A stretch of DNA of 64,000 nucleotides, from the NCBI RefSeq assembly GCF_964204645.1, contig NC_134029.1, positions 14,936,950 through 15,000,949 on the forward strand. The letters run 5' to 3'. Positions 14,305 to 23,479 of the stretch are shown one piece after another; position 1 is the stretch's first letter, and every line of letters starts with the position of its first letter. The notes under the pieces were generated by a model. It was not told where the DNA came from. It saw only the letters and a list, made by a program, of their open reading frames with translations, and ran no database searches. A program made the translations under genes and the position numbers. The DNA is from Tubulanus polymorphus. Taxonomy: Eukaryota > Animalia > Nemertea.

Positions 14305-14649
14305 AAAAATGTGTACTGAAACACGGTTTAGTACCAAAAATAACTTACGCAATATTATACGTCCAATACAATAACATTAAGTCCAACGCGCAGGGATCCA
14401 TCGCAAAACATAGTTCACAAGATATAGTTTACACATCTGTGAAATCCATTTTTGAAGCACAAGGTAGAGCATCTGGTGTTGGCCCTGCCATCCATATACC
14501 TACTCACATGTCGGGACTTGCGGTCTATATACAAATGATGGTCTATATACAAGTGGTAGCTGATGTTGTATGATGATTCCAGTAGCACTGAAAAAGTAAA
14601 AATAAAAGGCCGGCAGAAAAAGTTCAGAACCAGGACTGAGGCAGGGATG

Positions 14650-14770
14650 AGTAATTAGAAGATGGCGTTTTCATACCAGAGGACGAGAGGACGAGACACC
14701 ACTCATCACCACAAGTAATTTTTTTCCTAACACTCATCACCACAAGTAATTTTTTTTCCTAATAAATGGG
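14650..14770 (+). repeat. Left terminal inverted repeat
   Basis: Exact reverse complement of 31098-31218; contains GAGGACGA x2 and CACTCATCACCACAAGTAAT(n)CCTAA x2, and ends in TAAATGGG. Confidence 0.97.
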
Positions 14771-15836
14771 GGAGAATGAACACCAACTAGAAAACAATAA
14801 TATCAATAAAAATCAATATTATTGTCAATATTGTAAAAAATACATCGATACATCTAATAAAACACGACATGAAAAAACTGCAAATCATATAAAAAATGTA
14901 ATAGATTTTGAAACTCCAGAAAATTCCAATGAAAGAAAAGAACGATTAGAAAATATGAATGTGAATGAAATAAAATGTGAAGTTTGTGATGAATTTATAA
15001 CAAAAAGGAATTATAATAGACATCTCGAAACAGAAAAACACCATCAAAATTTGAGAAATAATGTTTTAGGAATAGATTATTTTGATGATAAACCTCAACA
15101 AGTAAAAGAATCAACTTCAAAAACTAAATCCATTTCAAATAAACCTTACATGGAAAATGTTAGAAATTATATTGATTCACTAGAAATAAAAGATACAATT
15201 GAAATCTTAGAAACATTACATAGTAAAATTGGTCCTGCAGCTATTATATTTAGATTTTTTAAAGGTACAACAATAGAAGATTATAGTAAATTTAATGAAA
15301 TAATAGAAAAAATACTAGATTTGATAACAGATGTTGAATATCCAAAAATTAGTATCTCTGGGAAAGTAAGTTTTATAAAGTCAGAAGAAAAATGGATTAT
15401 AATATTCAAACACACTCTGAAGAAATAATTTCAAAAACACAAATAAAAGAGAAGTTAGAAAAAATATTAAATGAATTTAAACGTCATATTGAAGAAAGAT
15501 ATTTTGAGGGTTCTGGCTTAACATTGAATGAAATTATATATTTAGATTTAAATGTTTATAATACAAAAAGGAATAAAACATCAAAAAGTAATAAAATGTT
15601 TAAAAATGATTCAAACTTTACAACAGAAAAAGGATATGAAAGCATCAAGTTATATCAAATTACCGTTTACAACAAAAGCAGTAATAAATATTCAAAATGA
15701 AGATAATAAATGTTTTCTATGGTCAATTATTAGTTGTTTACACCAAACAGAAGATATGACGCATAGTTTTACAATAACAAATTACCGGAAATATGAAACA
15801 TTATATAAAATTGATCAATATCCAGTAACTATATAA
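14766..15836 (+). pseudogene. N-terminal part of pPolB (two C2H2/U1-type zinc fingers, terminal-protein region, start of vOTU-like domain), broken by two frameshifts and a stop
   Basis: Fragments 14766-15428, 15392-15700 and 15552-15836 join into the usual Polinton PolB N-terminus (GSGLTLNEIIYLDLNVY...SSYIKLP...KAVINIQNEDNKCFLWS); indels lie in A-runs at ~15390 and ~15630; TAA at 15834 is in frame with 15837. Confidence 0.8.
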
Positions 15837-18800
15837 ATGATTCCTAAAATAGAAAAAATTAATAATTTAAAAATAAATGTATTCGAATTAATGCAATTAC
15901 CAAAGACAAAAGGTGAAAATATTAAAGATTATACATTGGAAGCTTTATATTTAACAGAATATTATGATGATGAAAATGCTATAGATTTGTTATATTACAA
16001 AAAAGATGAAAATGAACATTATATGTGGTTAAAACAAATTGATTTATTCTTTAGAACAGAAAGTGATTTTAACAGCCATAAAATTTATCTATGTAGAAAA
16101 TGTTTATCTAAATTTAGAACTGAGAATACATTATTAAAACATAAAGAATTATGTGATAATAAAGATTTTTGTAAATTAATAATGCCAACAGAAAAAGATT
16201 ATAAATTGAAATTTACTAATCATAAATTTAAGAATATTGTTCCATTTGTAATTTATGGGGATTTTGAATCGTTGAATAAAGAATTAACCGATCAAGATAG
16301 AAAAGAAATATATAACAAAAAGCAATTATTAAAATCAATGGATAAAGGAAATGAATTAAATGAAGATATAATTCAAGATCCACCAATTATAAATACAATT
16401 AAAAAAGTTCATCAAAGAGCTGCTGCTTATGGAATTTACATCAAATCAAATTATCCCGAATTATATGAAAGTCAATATATTTCTTTTAGAGGTGAAAATG
16501 TAGTTAATGATTTTTGTGATAAAATGATTGAATTAGAAAGTGATTTTACAAAATTATTAAACAAAAATAAAAGAATAGTTATGACAAAAGAAGATGAAAT
16601 TGATTTTAATTATGCAACTCATTGTTGTTATTGTGAAAAACGTTTTTATTCATTTGATAAAAAAGTTAGAGATCATGATCATTTAAATTCAAAATATCGT
16701 GGAGCTGCTCATGAAGATTGCAATTTACAAGCTAAAAAAGTAAATTTCGTACCAATATTATTTCATAATTTATCAGGATATGATACCCATCTATTTATAA
16801 AACAATTATCAGGAAAATTGGGCGCAATTAATCAAGAAATAGAAGAATATAATGCTATGAATGAAGCAAATGTAAGAAAATATGATTTTAAACTATTAGC
16901 TAAAACATCTGAAAATTATATTTCATTTCAATTTGGTTGCATTAGATTTTTTTCAGATTCTTATAGATTTCTAGCAAGTTCATTAGATAATTTATCAAAA
17001 AGTTTAGTTGATAATGATTTTGTTATAACTCGATATTATTATCCAAATGAACAAGATTTTAAATTATTGAGATATAAAGGCGCAATTCCTTATTCATTTT
17101 ATAAAACACATAATGATTTTAATGTAACAGAATTATTAAAAGATCAATTTTATGATCAATTAAAAGAGGAGTATGTGAAAGACGAAGTGTTTAATAGAAC
17201 ATTAAATATTTGGAACCATTTTAAGATGAAAAATCATGGCGAATTAGTTGATTTATATTTAAAATCAGATGTTATGATATTGGCTGACATATTTGAAAAA
17301 TTTAGAGAAGTTAATTTGAATCATTTTAATGTTGATCCTTGTTATTGTTATTCAAGTCCTGGTTTAACCTGGCAATGTGGTTTAAAATATACAAATGTAG
17401 AATTAGATTTATTAAAAGAACCAGATATGGTTTTATTATTTGAAAAATCAATTAGAGGTGGAATAAGTGGTGTTATGGGAGATAGGTATTTTAAAGCAAA
17501 TGATGAATATAAATTATTATATATTGACGCCAATAATTTATATGGTTGGGCAATGATGCAACCTCAACCATATAAAAATTTTATATTAACAGAAGTTGAA
17601 AATGGTGATAAAACTGATTGGGAAAGCGCAATTATTAGTTTAAAAGATGAAGCACCAATTGGTTATTTCTTTGTAGTTGATTTAGAATATCCTGAAAATA
17701 TAAAGTTTAAAACAAGAAACTTACCTTATTGCCCAGAACATTTAACTGTAGATGATAGTTATTTAAGTGAATACCAGAAGAAAATAAAACCGAAAGATCA
17801 TGTTTTTACAGAAAAATTAATACTTACTCAAAATAATAAATACAATTATATTGTTCATTATAGAATGTTAAAATTTTATCTAAAACAAGGAATGAAATTA
17901 AAGAAAGTACATAGATATATTGAATTTAATCAATCGAAGTGGTTAGAAAAATATATAGATTTCAATACTCAACAGAGAACCATATCAAAAACAGATTTTG
18001 AAAAAGATTTCTTTAAATTAATGAATAATAGTTTTTATGGTAAAACATGTGAAAATATTAGAAATAGAAATGATATTGAATTAGTGAATAATTCTGAAAG
18101 ATTAAGACATTTACAATCAAGTCCTAGACATTTAGGAAATAAAAGATTTGAAGATTATTTAACAGCAGTAAAATTAAAAAGAACGTCCATGAAATTTAAT
18201 AAACCAATATTTATAGGTTCAACCGTTTTAGAAATTTCAAAGCTATTGATGTATAATTTTTATTACAATGTTTTACAACCATTGTTTGGGGAAAAACATA
18301 TAGAAATTCTGTACTTCGATTCTGTAACGGCCGACACCCCAATATTATTAAAATGTAATAATAAAATATTGGTAAGAAGAATTTCAGAAATAATTCCAAA
18401 ACAAAATGAATGTTATATTTCATATGGTGAAAAAGAACTAATACAAATAAATGGATTAATGGATGTTTGGACAAGAAATGGATGGAAAAAATTAAAGAAT
18501 ATTATTAGGCATAAAACAAATAAGAAAATCTATAGAGTTAGAACTAAATTAGGATTCGTAGATGTTACTGAAGACCATAGTTTAATTAAACGAAATGGTG
18601 ATGAAATAAAACCAACTGATATAAAAATTGGAGATGAATTATTACATAAAAGATTTTTCCAAAGAATGAATCATATGTCATTTGATGAAATAATTGATAA
18701 TATTTATAATATAGAACCCGAAACATTAGAAGAAAAAGAATATTTTATCAAAGGATTTTTCATGGGTGATGGTTCAGCAGGTGTGTATAAATATGTTTGG

Positions 18801-19841
18801 GGTAATAAATATTGTTGGTATTTATGCAATCAAGACTTGAAATTATTAGAAAGAATTAAGAAATTCTGTGAAGAAGTTTATTCACATAAAACATTTAGAA
18901 TCATGGATGTTATGAAATCATCAGCAGTTTATAGAATACTTGTAAATAATCCTAAAGATTTTGCTATAGAATATAATGATGAATTCTATATTCATGCAAT
19001 AGTGAAAAGTAATACTTCAACTAAAGAAAAAATAGTACCAGATTATATATTAAATTCAGAATATAATCTTAGAAAATGGTTCTTCATTGGGTTCTACGCA
19101 GCCGATGGTACTAAAAAATTTATAAAGGATAAAACGATAACCTTTGCACAGAAAGGAAAATGTGCAATAAGTGGGTTAAATGTGTTATGCAGTTCATTAG
19201 GATTTAATATGAATATAGAATTAATTAAATCTAAACCAAATTGTTTTAATTTAAGGCATGTAGAAAAAGAATTAACAGAAGAAGTTAAAGATTTATTTGA
19301 AATATATAACCCAACTGACTATGTTTATGATTTATCAACAGATGATGGAAAATTCAATTCTGGGTTCCCATTAATCAAAAAAAATACGGATGCGTACATA
19401 CTAAAAATCAAGACAAATGACATAACAAAAGACTTAAAAACATTAAAACATCATTTTGATTTTAGCAATTATCCTAAAGATCATGAATTATTTAGCAATG
19501 ATAATAAAAAGATTCCTGGTAAATTTAAAGATGAATTAGGAGGTGATGAAATGATTGAATTTGTTGGGATAAGAAGTAAAATGTATAGTTACAGAACAAA
19601 AGATCATGAAGCTAAAAAGTTAAAAGGAATAACAAAACATGTGGTTGATAAACATATAGAATTTCAAGATTATATAAAGTGTTTATATAAATCAATTGTA
19701 ATGAAACACAAGATGAATTGTTTAAGATCAGAAGATCATGAGATGTATATTAATGAAGTTGAAAAAACTAGTTTAAATCCATTTGATGATAAAAGGCATA
19801 TTTCAGATGATGGTATAAAAACGTTACCTTATGGTTATTAA
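15837..19841 (+). CDS. polB: Protein-primed family B DNA polymerase (pPolB) with an EndoVII/HNH-like insert and an intein
   Basis: ExoI YGDFES, ExoII FHNLSGYD, ExoIII YLKSDV; CxxC...VRDHDH...YRGAAH..CN; motif A YIDANNLYGWAM, motif B KLMNNSFYGK, motif C YFD|TDA split by the intein, KMYSY, KLKGI. Confidence 0.96.
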   Translation: MIPKIEKINNLKINVFELMQLPKTKGENIKDYTLEALYLTEYYDDENAIDLLYYKKDENEHYMWLKQIDLFFRTESDFNSHKIYLCRKCLSKFRTENTLLKHKELCDNKDFCKLIMPTEKDYKLKFTNHKFKNIVPFVIYGDFESLNKELTDQDRKEIYNKKQLLKSMDKGNELNEDIIQDPPIINTIKKVHQRAAAYGIYIKSNYPELYESQYISFRGENVVNDFCDKMIELESDFTKLLNKNKRIVMTKEDEIDFNYATHCCYCEKRFYSFDKKVRDHDHLNSKYRGAAHEDCNLQAKKVNFVPILFHNLSGYDTHLFIKQLSGKLGAINQEIEEYNAMNEANVRKYDFKLLAKTSENYISFQFGCIRFFSDSYRFLASSLDNLSKSLVDNDFVITRYYYPNEQDFKLLRYKGAIPYSFYKTHNDFNVTELLKDQFYDQLKEEYVKDEVFNRTLNIWNHFKMKNHGELVDLYLKSDVMILADIFEKFREVNLNHFNVDPCYCYSSPGLTWQCGLKYTNVELDLLKEPDMVLLFEKSIRGGISGVMGDRYFKANDEYKLLYIDANNLYGWAMMQPQPYKNFILTEVENGDKTDWESAIISLKDEAPIGYFFVVDLEYPENIKFKTRNLPYCPEHLTVDDSYLSEYQKKIKPKDHVFTEKLILTQNNKYNYIVHYRMLKFYLKQGMKLKKVHRYIEFNQSKWLEKYIDFNTQQRTISKTDFEKDFFKLMNNSFYGKTCENIRNRNDIELVNNSERLRHLQSSPRHLGNKRFEDYLTAVKLKRTSMKFNKPIFIGSTVLEISKLLMYNFYYNVLQPLFGEKHIEILYFDSVTADTPILLKCNNKILVRRISEIIPKQNECYISYGEKELIQINGLMDVWTRNGWKKLKNIIRHKTNKKIYRVRTKLGFVDVTEDHSLIKRNGDEIKPTDIKIGDELLHKRFFQRMNHMSFDEIIDNIYNIEPETLEEKEYFIKGFFMGDGSAGVYKYVWGNKYCWYLCNQDLKLLERIKKFCEEVYSHKTFRIMDVMKSSAVYRILVNNPKDFAIEYNDEFYIHAIVKSNTSTKEKIVPDYILNSEYNLRKWFFIGFYAADGTKKFIKDKTITFAQKGKCAISGLNVLCSSLGFNMNIELIKSKPNCFNLRHVEKELTEEVKDLFEIYNPTDYVYDLSTDDGKFNSGFPLIKKNTDAYILKIKTNDITKDLKTLKHHFDFSNYPKDHELFSNDNKKIPGKFKDELGGDEMIEFVGIRSKMYSYRTKDHEAKKLKGITKHVVDKHIEFQDYIKCLYKSIVMKHKMNCLRSEDHEMYINEVEKTSLNPFDDKRHISDDGIKTLPYGY
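18321..19385 (+). mobile_element. Intein (355 aa) with LAGLIDADG homing endonuclease, inserted in PolB motif C
   Basis: Block A SVTADTPILL, block B VDVTEDHSL, dodecapeptides YFIKGFFMGDGS and WFFIGFYAADGT, block F YVYDLST, C-terminal KKN followed by +1 Thr; removal restores YFDTD. Confidence 0.93.
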
Positions 19842-20608
19842 AATGGATCTATATCATCAAACTCGAAATCACTATTGGCTTCTTCATTTTCATTTAATTG
19901 TTCAGGTTCTTCTTCCATTCCATTTTTCTCATTTAAATAAAGTTCTATCTTGTTCCACATTTCATCTCGCTCTCTTTGTTTCTTTTTGTTTGTTAATTCA
20001 TCAAATGGAATTATAATATCTAGGTTTAAATAATTTACAATCTTATTTAAAAAGAATTCATAATTTATTGAATCTGTTATTCTATTTTCCAAATGATACA
20101 TTAATATTTGTTTAAATATTTTTTTTATATTTTCCATATCTTCTTCTGTTAATTTAGGTTTTTCATAATAATCGTTAAATAATAAATATAAATACATTTT
20201 CTTTTGTTTTGTGTTAAATGTTGGTGGAATAATTGTTTTTATAATATCTTTTTTAGTTATTTCACCATTTTTATTTTCTATTATTTTCATTTTTTCAAGC
20301 CATTGCATATATTCTGGTGTATGATCTTCCATGGAAAATATTTTAAAAATTTCATCAAGATAATTTAATTTTGGTTCTATGAGAAAATTTCTAGTTTTTT
20401 CTTCACCCCATAAATTCTTTTGCCATCCACATTCAACACAAAATAACACAGTACCTTCTTGCCTTAAGGTCGCATAACTACATTGTGGGCATTTTTGTTT
20501 ATAATTTCTTGGTAATAGATCTTCATTAAGCTCTTGGTATTTTCTTACGTTTTCTTTATGTTTTATTGTTCTATTATGTAGATTTGAATTACTTGTTGTA
20601 ATAATCAA
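19838..20608 (-). CDS. Poxvirus late transcription factor VLTF-3 (A2)-like protein
   Basis: N-terminal Zn ribbon CPQC-x13-CVEC, then RNFLIEPKLNYLDEIF and KLTEEDMENIKKIFKQIL...SINYEFFLNKI...QRERDEMWNKI, collinear with remembered VLTF-3 motifs (INYSFFLDKI; C-terminal W); ORF starts at TTG. Confidence 0.75.
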   Translation of the reverse strand: MIITTSNSNLHNRTIKHKENVRKYQELNEDLLPRNYKQKCPQCSYATLRQEGTVLFCVECGWQKNLWGEEKTRNFLIEPKLNYLDEIFKIFSMEDHTPEYMQWLEKMKIIENKNGEITKKDIIKTIIPPTFNTKQKKMYLYLLFNDYYEKPKLTEEDMENIKKIFKQILMYHLENRITDSINYEFFLNKIVNYLNLDIIIPFDELTNKKKQRERDEMWNKIELYLNEKNGMEEEPEQLNENEEANSDFEFDDIDPF

Positions 20609-20623
20609 TTTACAATATTTATA

Positions 20624-21136
20624 TTAATATGTTTTTCTTGTTAATTCATTATATTGTTTTTCTAACTTTTCAACTGTTTCTTTATTATCTGGTAACGTTT
20701 TCTCATATTTTATTTTTTCTAATAAATTATTTTTTCTTTCATTGAATTCAGTTTCAAATTTATTAGAAATTTTATCTATATGTGCTTTACGAAATTGATG
20801 ATTCTCCCAATCTTCTATATTTTCAGGGCTATATTTTACTTGACAAGGCTCACAGAAATGATCTTTTATATTATCCTTATCATAGAATAAGAAAGGTCTT
20901 TTCCAAATAACTTCAGGTTCAACTTCAGCAGAATTACTATCAACATTAGCCGTTGCGCTATTAATTCTACACTTCTCTGAATGTTTTTTAACATAATTTC
21001 TTGAGAATAATTTATTACAATTTGGACAGTTTATTTTAGGGGGTTTATAATTTTCATCATGTTTTTTCATATGTCGAGCCATATTACTTTTTCTTAGAAG
21101 TTCACCACAAATTTCGCATGCTATCTTCTCATCCAT
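20624..21136 (-). CDS. Zinc-finger protein (three C2H2/C2HC-type fingers)
   Basis: CEIC-x12-HMKKH, CPNC-x12-HSEKC, CEPC...HQFRKAH; TAAATG start. Confidence 0.8.
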   Translation of the reverse strand: MDEKIACEICGELLRKSNMARHMKKHDENYKPPKINCPNCNKLFSRNYVKKHSEKCRINSATANVDSNSAEVEPEVIWKRPFLFYDKDNIKDHFCEPCQVKYSPENIEDWENHQFRKAHIDKISNKFETEFNERKNNLLEKIKYEKTLPDNKETVEKLEKQYNELTRKTY

Positions 21137-21204
21137 TTATTAAGGAAAAATTTTATTAAAATTAATTTTTAGTGATGAGCGGTAATTTTTTTATGTTATA
21201 AATA

Positions 21205-21963
21205 ATGGTAGAATTAAAAGAATACAGAATATTTATTGATTCTAGAAAACTTACAAATTATAAATCTCATAATTTACTAGTACAATTAGATAGAGAATTC
21301 AAGAATTGTGTAGATTTAAAATTAGTTAATATAAGTTTATGTAATTCTTTTTATAATATATCGGATAAAAGTCTAGAACATTTAATTTTTTCAATCTTTT
21401 ACAAAAAAAGGAATAAATGGTTTTTTATATATTTAAAACCAGGATTATATAATTTAGATACATTAACACAAGAAATTAATAGAAAAGCTCGAGCTAAATT
21501 AGGAAGTGATTCCGGATTTAGTATTAGAATTTTAAAAAGTGCTAGTTCTAATAAAATAAAGATTAGGTTAGCTAATGACGAACAATTTAAATTTACAGTA
21601 AGAAAACCTTTAGCTAAACTGTTAGGAATTGTACCAGATACCGTTACAGCATACGCAGAAGGTAAATCAAACTTAATACCTTTTACACATTTTTATATTT
21701 ATTGCAATTTAATTGACCCAACAAAAACATTTGAAGCAACTAAAGATACAATTTGTAATTCTGGTTTATTAAATATTTTACCATTAAAAAATGTTAAAGA
21801 ATTTGGAACGCAAATAAATTATAATTTAACTGAATGTGATTTCAAACCTTGTATTCCACATTTCAATAATTTTAAATTAGAAATAAGAAATCATAATGGT
21901 TATTTAATTGATTTGAATAACTTTCCTGTGATATATGAATTAGTTATAAGATGTAAAGAGTAA
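21205..21963 (+). CDS. Minor capsid (penton, single jelly-roll) protein
   Basis: Polinton penton pattern: IFIDS...V.LDRE...NSFYNI...PGLYN...YIYCNLID...LEIRNHNGYLIDLNNFPVIYEL. Confidence 0.75.
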   Translation: MVELKEYRIFIDSRKLTNYKSHNLLVQLDREFKNCVDLKLVNISLCNSFYNISDKSLEHLIFSIFYKKRNKWFFIYLKPGLYNLDTLTQEINRKARAKLGSDSGFSIRILKSASSNKIKIRLANDEQFKFTVRKPLAKLLGIVPDTVTAYAEGKSNLIPFTHFYIYCNLIDPTKTFEATKDTICNSGLLNILPLKNVKEFGTQINYNLTECDFKPCIPHFNNFKLEIRNHNGYLIDLNNFPVIYELVIRCKE

Positions 21964-21979
21964 TTTTTCACCTTTATAA

Positions 21980-22336
21980 ATGAATATAACTGTCGGACCG
22001 AGTATATGTTTTGGATTTGATTTTAAACGTGAGAAAGAAATGAAATTTAATATGAATGATGTAATAACACATATCAAAAATATTGCATTTTCTAATGAAA
22101 CAACATTTGAGTATGAAACAACAATTGATAAAGAAACTTTAAATGTAGAAAAGATTACTAATTTAATTAGAGAATCTTTAAGATTTTATGAATTAGATGA
22201 AGATTTTATCATCGATGATATTAAAAACATATTATCCAAAATATATGATAATCATAAAACTAGTAATAAAATAAATGTTGAAATAATCATAAATAAGTTA
22301 ACTAAATATTTTGATGATAGTAATTTTTTTGATTAA
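21980..22336 (+). CDS. Hypothetical Polinton protein (118 aa)
   Basis: Intact ORF with T-tract/TAAATG start in a tightly packed gene run. Confidence 0.65.
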   Translation: MNITVGPSICFGFDFKREKEMKFNMNDVITHIKNIAFSNETTFEYETTIDKETLNVEKITNLIRESLRFYELDEDFIIDDIKNILSKIYDNHKTSNKINVEIIINKLTKYFDDSNFFD

Positions 22337-22339
22337 TAA

Positions 22340-22561
22340 ATGAGTGATAATAAATGGATAATAACTGGATTATATAATGGCGCATTACTATCAGTTGGAA
22401 CGGTTGGTTATTCAATGGTATTAGAAAAAGTATTCAAAATGGGAAGTGTTAATGTTGATAGATTTGATATCAATGATATTTTGAAATTAACGTTAGCAGT
22501 TACTTTATCTAATTTAACTATTGATTATTTGGAAAAACAAAAATATATTCCTCCCATATAA
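22340..22561 (+). CDS. Small hydrophobic/membrane protein (73 aa)
   Basis: Two hydrophobic segments; TAAATG start. Confidence 0.7.
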   Translation: MSDNKWIITGLYNGALLSVGTVGYSMVLEKVFKMGSVNVDRFDINDILKLTLAVTLSNLTIDYLEKQKYIPPI

Positions 22562-22585
22562 ATGCATAATTTTTTTGTTAAATAA

Positions 22586-23008
22586 ATGGCTTCTGCAATT
22601 ATAACTATTATAGGATCGGCAATTGTTAACGCTTTAGCATTTACAGGTGGCGGTTATTTATTTAAACATATTGATAAAAATAGTTCATTAGGAGAACAAA
22701 GAAGACATAACTTAGCGTTAGAGAAATATAATAAAGCTGCAGAAGAATATAGAGAAAAACGACAAAACTATATGGATTATATTAACAAAGAATTATATAA
22801 TCAGAAGATTTCACATAGAGATTTTCAATCAGTTGATGATGCAATGAGTTTATATAACGCGGTAACCAATAAAGAAAAATTACATCTATACAAACCTAAA
22901 TTATCAGATTATTATACCCCAAGTAAAGAACAACAGAAATATGAAATAATTTGGATTTTAGGTGGATCAGTTATTGTTATATTTGTTGCTTATAAATTTA
23001 CTAATTAG
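22586..23008 (+). CDS. Membrane protein with N- and C-terminal hydrophobic segments and a central coiled coil (140 aa)
   Basis: MASAIITIIGSAIVNALAFTGGGYLF ... IIWILGGSVIVIFVAY; TAAATG start. Confidence 0.75.
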   Translation: MASAIITIIGSAIVNALAFTGGGYLFKHIDKNSSLGEQRRHNLALEKYNKAAEEYREKRQNYMDYINKELYNQKISHRDFQSVDDAMSLYNAVTNKEKLHLYKPKLSDYYTPSKEQQKYEIIWILGGSVIVIFVAYKFTN

Positions 23009-23027
23009 TAATTTTTATTCTAAATAA

Positions 23028-23462
23028 ATGGAAGATAAAGTTGATAGTATTGATATTATTCCTCATGATATAAATAAAACTAAATTAAAAACATATTTAG
23101 AAAAACAAATATTAGAATTTGAAAGTGACTTAAAGATAAAAAAGAAAAAATATTTAAAAAGTAAAATTATATATTATTTGATTATAAGTGGTTCGGTTAC
23201 AATTAGTTCTGTAATAACATTTCTAGCAATATTCAGTCCATTAACACCTTTAGCTATATCAATTGGTGTATTAGGATTAAGTTCAAGTGTTTTAACTGGT
23301 ATAAGTTCAAAATTAAATATAAAAAGTAATAAAGAAAAAATTAAAACTAATATAAAAGAAATTAATAAATTAAAGAATACACTAGATTATATAATAAGTT
23401 TAAATGGTCATATAACAGTTGAAGAACAAGATAAATTATTAAAAGAATTAATAAATTATTAA
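23028..23462 (+). CDS. Two-TM membrane protein (144 aa)
   Basis: Hydrophobic hairpin IIYYLIISGSVTISSVITFLAIF / LAISIGVLGLSSSVLTGI flanked by Lys-rich helices. Confidence 0.7.
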   Translation: MEDKVDSIDIIPHDINKTKLKTYLEKQILEFESDLKIKKKKYLKSKIIYYLIISGSVTISSVITFLAIFSPLTPLAISIGVLGLSSSVLTGISSKLNIKSNKEKIKTNIKEINKLKNTLDYIISLNGHITVEEQDKLLKELINY

Positions 23463-23479
23463 TTTTTTTAATTATATAA

